Positions 57,689-64,000 of a stretch of DNA of 64,000 bases are shown here, piece after piece; positions within the stretch are counted from its first letter, which is position 1, and every line of letters starts with the position of its first letter. The DNA is from the human T2T-CHM13v2.0 reference genome, Homo sapiens, in assembly GCF_009914755.1 (NCBI RefSeq), contig NC_060933.1, one strand, 5' to 3'. The notes under the pieces were generated by a model, which saw only the letters and a program-made list of their open reading frames with translations, did not search any database and was not told where the DNA came from. The position numbers and the translations under genes are program-made.

Positions 57689-57723
57689 TTTTGGGGGGGG
57701 GGGGGGTGCAAAACAAAAAAGAA
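57689..57723 (+). other. 35-bp T4-G14-TGC-A-rich insert between perfect 16-bp direct repeats
   Basis: AAATTAGAAAAGCAAG at 57673-57688 and 57724-57739. Confidence 0.85.
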
Positions 57724-58829
57724 AAATTAGAAAAGCAAGAAGGACCCAAGTTAGAAAGCTCTTCCCTAAATTCTCTAGACAATGCCTCTGTGATAGAACT
57801 TAGAGGTATCCTATATTTACCTGCACACAGGTTAAGACTGGCTGAAGGTAATTGTTTCTAAGGCCACAATGAAGCCACACCCATAACCACCAGTTAGTTG
57901 CCTCTCCTGAGCCATGGTTTAAATTTAGGCTGTGGTTTGAAACAACAACAAAAAACAGCTAAAGAAACCAAGGAGGAAGTTTTGGATCTTTCTCAAAGCA
58001 ACATGGAAAAGAAGGGAGAGATGGAAAACAAAATATTTTGGAAGGGAGTGGAAAAGATGACCTACTCATGGCACTAAAGGCATACAGGGCAAAGGAATGT
58101 GTATGTCTAGAACCAAAGAGCAGGGCTGCTTCTCTGGCGTCTCCAGGGGAAAGGAAAGATGTTATGCAAACCTGTATGAAAGGGGAATCACTTCCTCACA
58201 TGGCTCAGGCTGTTGTTTACCAGAGTAACATTCGGGCTCCAACTGTCCTTTCTTATAGAGAAAGGCTGTCTCCTGCTGTTTGTGGATCCAAGGCCTGCTG
58301 AAAGCTGTTTAGAAGTGCATACCACTCCATGTGCAGCTCCTTCATTCCTTTGCTGTGTTTGCATGCCTCACCGAGCATATTCACTGTCCTATGCCTTGCA
58401 CAAAACCCTCACGTTCCTTTTTGGAATGCCTCTGTGTCTCTGTGTGTACTTGAATCTCCAGGCCAATGAACATGAGCTTCCTCCTTCTCAGCACCTGAGG
58501 AAAGTTTAAACAAATGTAAAGGCATAAAAACCTTTCTTCTGTCCTGATCTAGTTGACTAATAATGTATATATTGTTTTCTGTTTTTGAAAAAACAAGAAA
58601 AAAAAAATCTCTCCCTGCCTTTGGAAAAAAGCATGACAAGAGGCTCCACCTGCTGGCCTAGGGGCTTCCAGAAGTTTCAGACCTATTATCTCAGATTGGA
58701 AATAACATCCATTCCTACTCTTCCCATTGGTAGTTTTGAAATATAGTGCCATGTCATAGTGTCCATGGACATCACTTGGTTTATGCAGTTCTCCAGCTAT
58801 TCAAACAGTCTGTAAGCCAAATACTTCTG

Positions 58830-59040
58830 GTGCCATGAAAAGAGCATTAGACTAAGAGTCAAAAACTCTACAACTCCACCACTTACTATGACAATGACAT
58901 TGGGAAAATGCTTTTCTCTAATTTTTCAGGTTTTTTTCAACTGTACAACGGGAATTACAAGCCTTTTCCTCTCCATCTTACAGGTTGGTGTTGAGAATCA
59001 AATTGAGAACATTAAGGACATGAACAACTTTGTAACTGAA
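58830..59040 (+). mobile_element. MIR
   Basis: GAAAAGAGCATTAGACT..GAGTCA..CCACTTACTA..TGAC.TTGGG.AA..CTGTA.AA.GGGAAT core. Confidence 0.7.
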
Positions 59041-59819
59041 ACACCCTGTAGGAACAAACAAGAGCCATGGCTTTTAGCCTAGTGGAGCTTTGCTGTGAAG
59101 AACTTTAGGAAATCTCTTCTTGAAAGAAACTTTTCATGTTAGGGTAATTTCTACAAGGTCTTGGATCTTTGCTGACAGAAGGAAATTCTTCAAGTTGCAT
59201 CCTTAATGTGATTTGCTCTCAATTCATCCTTAGATTGTGATGTTCCTCTACCTCTCCCAGTGTGGGAGTTGGTGGGGATGAAGAAGCCAGGAACTTTGGT
59301 AATAAATCAACCCAGAGGGCAGTTCTCCCTCTAAACTTCACATCTCACGTAAGGTAAATGATGAAAAAAAGCCCTTTCGCTTACTTTTGTAATTGGCCCT
59401 TTTCCATCCTACTAGCCACATAAATAAGTGGACTGGAAGGGCACCTAGAGATAACATAAAGCAATTCTCACACATGAAGGGCATGGTCTGAGCCTAAGGG
59501 ACTCATGCAAAGTTAGCCAGCTAGCCAACTGGGCTTACACAGTTTTCAAGCTCACAGATGTCTAGGTCTAAACTTAGCAGAACTTATGAGACTCTGAGTA
59601 GCTCTGAGATCGTTACTCACCTTCCTATGACTTTGTTTACTCATTTAAAAATAGATATGGAAAATGATCCTACCTCAAAGGGCCCTAGGGTAGTGTGGGC
59701 ACAAAAAGTACCTTGCCAAGTTATGACTCTTTATAAATGCGTTTAATTATTATCATTTAATTAGAATTTAGAAGTCTGTATTAAAGCCTAAGTTTTAGGA
59801 TAGTTTTACATAAATGCAA

Positions 59820-59995
59820 TTAGCTTATTTATATGCATTATGTAAAAAATATATTCATATATATTATAAATACCATATATTATAGAACATATGATATAGA
59901 TAACATAATATATAACCCATATATATCATATTATAAATATATGTTATATAATATATAATGCATATAATTGTATGCACGTGTATTATAAAATTTTA
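59820..59995. repeat. AT-rich (TA)n-like low-complexity tract
   Basis: Degenerate TATA/ATAA repeats. Confidence 0.85.
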
Positions 59996-60074
59996 TAGAC
60001 ACTGAAGATATGATTACTATTATGAATATTCTGCTAAAAATTTGAAATAGGAAGCATCTAAATTATTTAAACAT

Positions 60075-61261
60075 TTTAATTAATAAATTTCATTTTGTAG
60101 AGCAGTTTTAGGTTCACAGCAAAATTGAGCACAAAGTACAGGGTTTGCATTTACCCTGTCTCCACACTCACACAACTTCCCCTACTGTTACTCTCCTCAT
60201 AGCACCATCATAATACATTTGTTATGATTGATGAGCCTACATTGACTCATCATCACCCAAAGTCCATGGTTTATATTAGAATTCACTGTTGGTATTGCTC
60301 ATTCTGTGGGTTTTTGACAACTGTAGAATGACATGTATCTACCATTTTAGTAGCATATCGGATAGTTTCATTGTCCTAAAAATCTGCTGTGCTCTGCCTA
60401 TTTATCTCTTCCTTCCTCCTAACCTGTGACAACTGCTGATCTTGTTACTGTTTCCAAAGTTTTGCTCTTTCCAAAATTTCATATAGTTGGAATCATACAG
60501 TATATGGTCTTTCCAGATTAGTTTCTTTCACTTAGTAATAATCATTTAAGTTTTCTCCATGTCTTTTCAAGGCTTGAAAACTCAATCTTTTTGGTGCATA
60601 ATATGTCATTGTCTAGATGTACCATCATTTATTGATCTACTCACATACTAAAGGACATCTTGGTTGCTTCCAGCTTTTGACAATTATGAATAAATCTGTT
60701 ATAATCATCTTGTGCAGGTTTTTGTATGGACAAATCTTTAATTGATTTGGATAAATATCAAGGAGCAAAATTGCTGCATCATGTGGTAAAAGCATGTTTA
60801 GTTCTGTAAAATACTGCCAAACTCTCTTTCTAGGTAGCTGTACCATTTTGCATTCCCACCATCAATGAATGCACATTCCTGTTGCTCCACATCTTCACCA
60901 GCATTTGATGTTGTCAGTGTTTTGAATTTTGGCCATTCTATTGGGTGTGTATCTCATTGATGTTTTAATCTGCAATTCTCTAATAATAAATGATATTAAG
61001 CATCTTTTCACATGCTTACTTACCATCTGTATATCTTCTTCCGTGAGGTGGCTTTTCAGGTCTTTTGCCCATTTTTATTTGGGTTGCTTACTTTCTTATT
61101 GTTGAGTTTTAAGAGTTCTTTGTGTATTTTGGATAATAGTCCTTTATCAGAAATGTCTTTTGCAAATATTTCCTTCCAGTCTGTGGCTTGTCTTCTCATG
61201 CTCCTGACATTGAGTTTCACAGATCAGAAATTTCCATTTTAATGAAGTCCATATTATCAAT
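60075..61261 (-). mobile_element. LINE-1 3' region (L1MC1-like)
   Basis: AGAGCAGTTTTAGGTTCACAGCAAAATTGAGC antisense 3' end. Minus-strand ORF2 C-terminal fragment 60637-60846. Confidence 0.85.
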
Positions 61262-64000
61262 TCTTTCTTTTTTTAATTTAATTTTTAAGTTCAGGGGTAC
61301 ATGTATAAGTTTGTGCAGGTACATGTGCAAGTTTGTTTGACTTGTGTCATGGGTTTTTTTTTTGTACAGATTATTTTGTCATGGAGGTATTAAGCCTAGT
61401 ACCCATTAGTTATTTTTCCTGAACTTTTCCCTTCTCCCGTCCTCCTCCCTCCAATAGGCCCCAGTATGTGTTGTTCCCCTCTAAGTGTCCACGTGTTCTC
61501 ATCATTTAGCCCCCACTTATATGTAAGAACACCATGGTATTTGGTTTTCTGTTGCTGCATCAGTTTCATAAGGATAATAGCCTCCAACTTCATCAGTGTT
61601 TCTGTAAAAAACATAATGTTCTTTTTATGGCTGCATAGTATTCCATGGTGTATATGTACCATATGTTCTTTATCCAGTCTGCCATTGATAGGCATTTAGG
61701 TTGATTCCATGTCTTTGGTATTGTGAATAGTGCTGCAATGAACATACACATTCATGGGTCTTTATAATATAATAATTTGTTTTGGGGTGGGTATGTGACC
61801 AGTAATAGGATTACCAAGTCAAATGGTATTTCTGAGGAATTGCCACAGTGCTTTCCACAATAGTTGAAGTAATTTACACTTTCACCAACAGTGTATAAGT
61901 GTTCCTTTTTCTCTACAACTTCACCAGCATCTGTTATTTTTTACTTTTTAATAATAGTCATTTTGACTGGTGTGAGATGGTTATCTCATTGTGGTTTCAA
62001 TTTGCATTTCTCTAATGATCAGTGATGTTGAGCTATGTTCCATATGATCACTGGTCACATGTATATATTCTTTTGAAAAGTGTCTATGTCCTTTGCCTGC
62101 TTTTTAATAAAGTTGTTTTTTTCTTGTAAATTTATTTAAGTTCCTTATATATTACTGGATATGAGACCTTGTCAGATGCATAGTTTGCAAAAGTTTTCTC
62201 CTATTCTGTAGGTTGTCTATTCACTCTGTTGATAGTTTTATTTGCTGTGCAGAAGCTCTTTCATTAAATTAGATCCCATTTGTCATTTTTTTCTTTTGTT
62301 GCAATTGCTTTTGGTATCTTTGTCATGAAGCGTTTGCCCATTACTATGTCTAGAATGGTATTGTCCAGGTTGTCTTCCAGGGTTTTATAGTTTTGGGTTT
62401 TACATTTAAGCCTTTAATCCATTTTGAGTTGATTTTTGTATATGGTATAAGGAAGGGGTCCAGCTTCAAACTTCCACATATGGCTAGCTAGTTATCCAGG
62501 TGCCATTTATTGAATAGGGAGTCTTTTCCCCATTGCTTGTTTTTGTCAGCATTGTTCAAGACCAGGTGGTTGTAGGTATGTGGCCTTAATTCTGGGCTCT
62601 CTATTCTGACTATTGCCGTTGATTTATGTGCCGTTTTTGTACCAGTACAATGCTGTTTTGGTTGCTGTAGCTCTGTATTATAGTTTGAAGTTAGGTAACA
62701 TGATACCTCCAGCTTTGTTTTTTGCTTAGCAGTGCCTTGGCTATTTAGGCTCTTTTTTGGATCCCTATGAATTTTAAAGTAGTTTTTTTTTAGTTCTGTA
62801 AAGAATGTCATTGGTAGTTTGATAGGAACAGCATTGAATCTATAAATTGCTTTGGGCAGTATCATCATTCCAATAATATTGTTTCTTCCTATCCATGATC
62901 ATGGAAGGTTTTTCCATTTGTTTATGTCATTGCTGATTTCTTTGAGCAATGTTTTGTAGTTCTCATTGTAGCAATGTTTCACCTCCCTGGTTAGCTGTAT
63001 TCCTAGGTGTTTTATTTTTAGGGGGGTGGGGGGCAATTGTGGATGGGATTGCATTCCTAATATGGCTCTCATCTTGACTATTGTTGGTGTATAGGAATGC
63101 CAGTGATACGTTGATTTTGTATCCTAAGACTTTGCTGAAGTTGTTTATCAGCTTAAGGGGCTTTTGGACTGAGACTATGGGGTTTTCTAGATATAGAATC
63201 ATGTCCTCTGGAAACAGGGATAATTTGACTTCCCCTCTTCTTAATTGGATGCCCTTTATTTCTTTCTCTTGCCTGATTGCCCTGGCCAGGACTTCCAATA
63301 CTGTGTTGAATAGGAGTGGTGAGAGAAAGCATCCTTGCCTTGTGCCGGTTTTCAAGGGGAATGCCTCCAGCTTTTGCCCATTCATTACGATGTTGGCTGT
63401 GGGTTTCCCTTAGATGGCTCTTATTATTTTGAGGTGTGTTTCCTCGATATCTAGTTTATGGAGAGTTTTTAACATGAAGGGGTGTTGAATTTTATTGAAA
63501 GCTTTTTCTGCATATATTGAGATAATCATATGGTTTTTGTCTTCAGTTCTGGTTATGTGAAGAATCATGTTTATTGATTTATGTTTGTTGAACCAACCTT
63601 GAATCCCAGGGATAAAGTTTACCTGATTTAGTGGATAAGCTTTTTGGTGTGTTGCTGGATTCAGTTTGCTAGCATTTTGTGGAGGATTTTTTCACTGATG
63701 TTCATGAATGATATTGGGATTTGTTGTTGTTGTTATATCTCTGCTAGGTTTTGGCATTAAGATGATGCTGGCCTCATAAAATGGGTTAGGGAGGAGTCCT
63801 TCCTCATTAATGTTTTGGAATAGTTTCAGTAGAAATTGTCCCGGCTCTCCTTTGTACATCTGGTAGAGTTCAGCTGTAAATGCATCTGGTGCTGGTACTG
63901 GACTTTTTGGTTGGTAGGCTATTTATTACTGAATCAATTTCAGAGTTTGTTATTGGTCTGATCAGGGATTAAATTTCTTCCTGGTTCAGTCTTGGGCAGG
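61262..64000 (-). mobile_element. LINE-1 (older L1PA, about L1PA13-like), ORF2 plus 3' UTR, runs off window end
   Basis: Minus-strand ORF2 fragments ([42 protein letters not shown]). T-rich tail at 61262-61287. Confidence 0.95.

Overview
AT-rich, repeat-dense primate genomic DNA, most likely human because it carries an Alu with all six AluYg6 diagnostic changes. It looks intergenic or deep-intronic. I can support no protein-coding gene, tRNA, rRNA or snRNA. The ORFs I could recognise are decayed L1 ORF2, Alu or Tigger1 transposase; the rest look like chance ORFs. Much of the window is nested transposon debris: L1PA/L1MA/L1M, Alu J/S/Y, L2, MIR, MaLR and ERV LTRs, MER20, MER58, Tigger1 and Tigger3. 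Subfamily calls come from recalled consensus motifs, not a database search. The standout feature is an inverted repeat that matches no transposon I recognise: two 268-bp arms (44272-44539 and 45299-45566; 263/268 identical, inner 150 bp perfect, about 55% GC) around a 759-bp loop, with a perfect 22-bp palindrome on its outer edge. It is a candidate invertible segment or long dsRNA hairpin. Other notable structures are a twin-primed 5'-inverted L1, a mini-L1 whose 5' UTR is fused to its 3' end by microhomology, a very young AluYg6, a 35-bp poly-G/poly-A insert between 16-bp direct repeats, and a 56-bp direct repeat bracketing an old L1 3' end.
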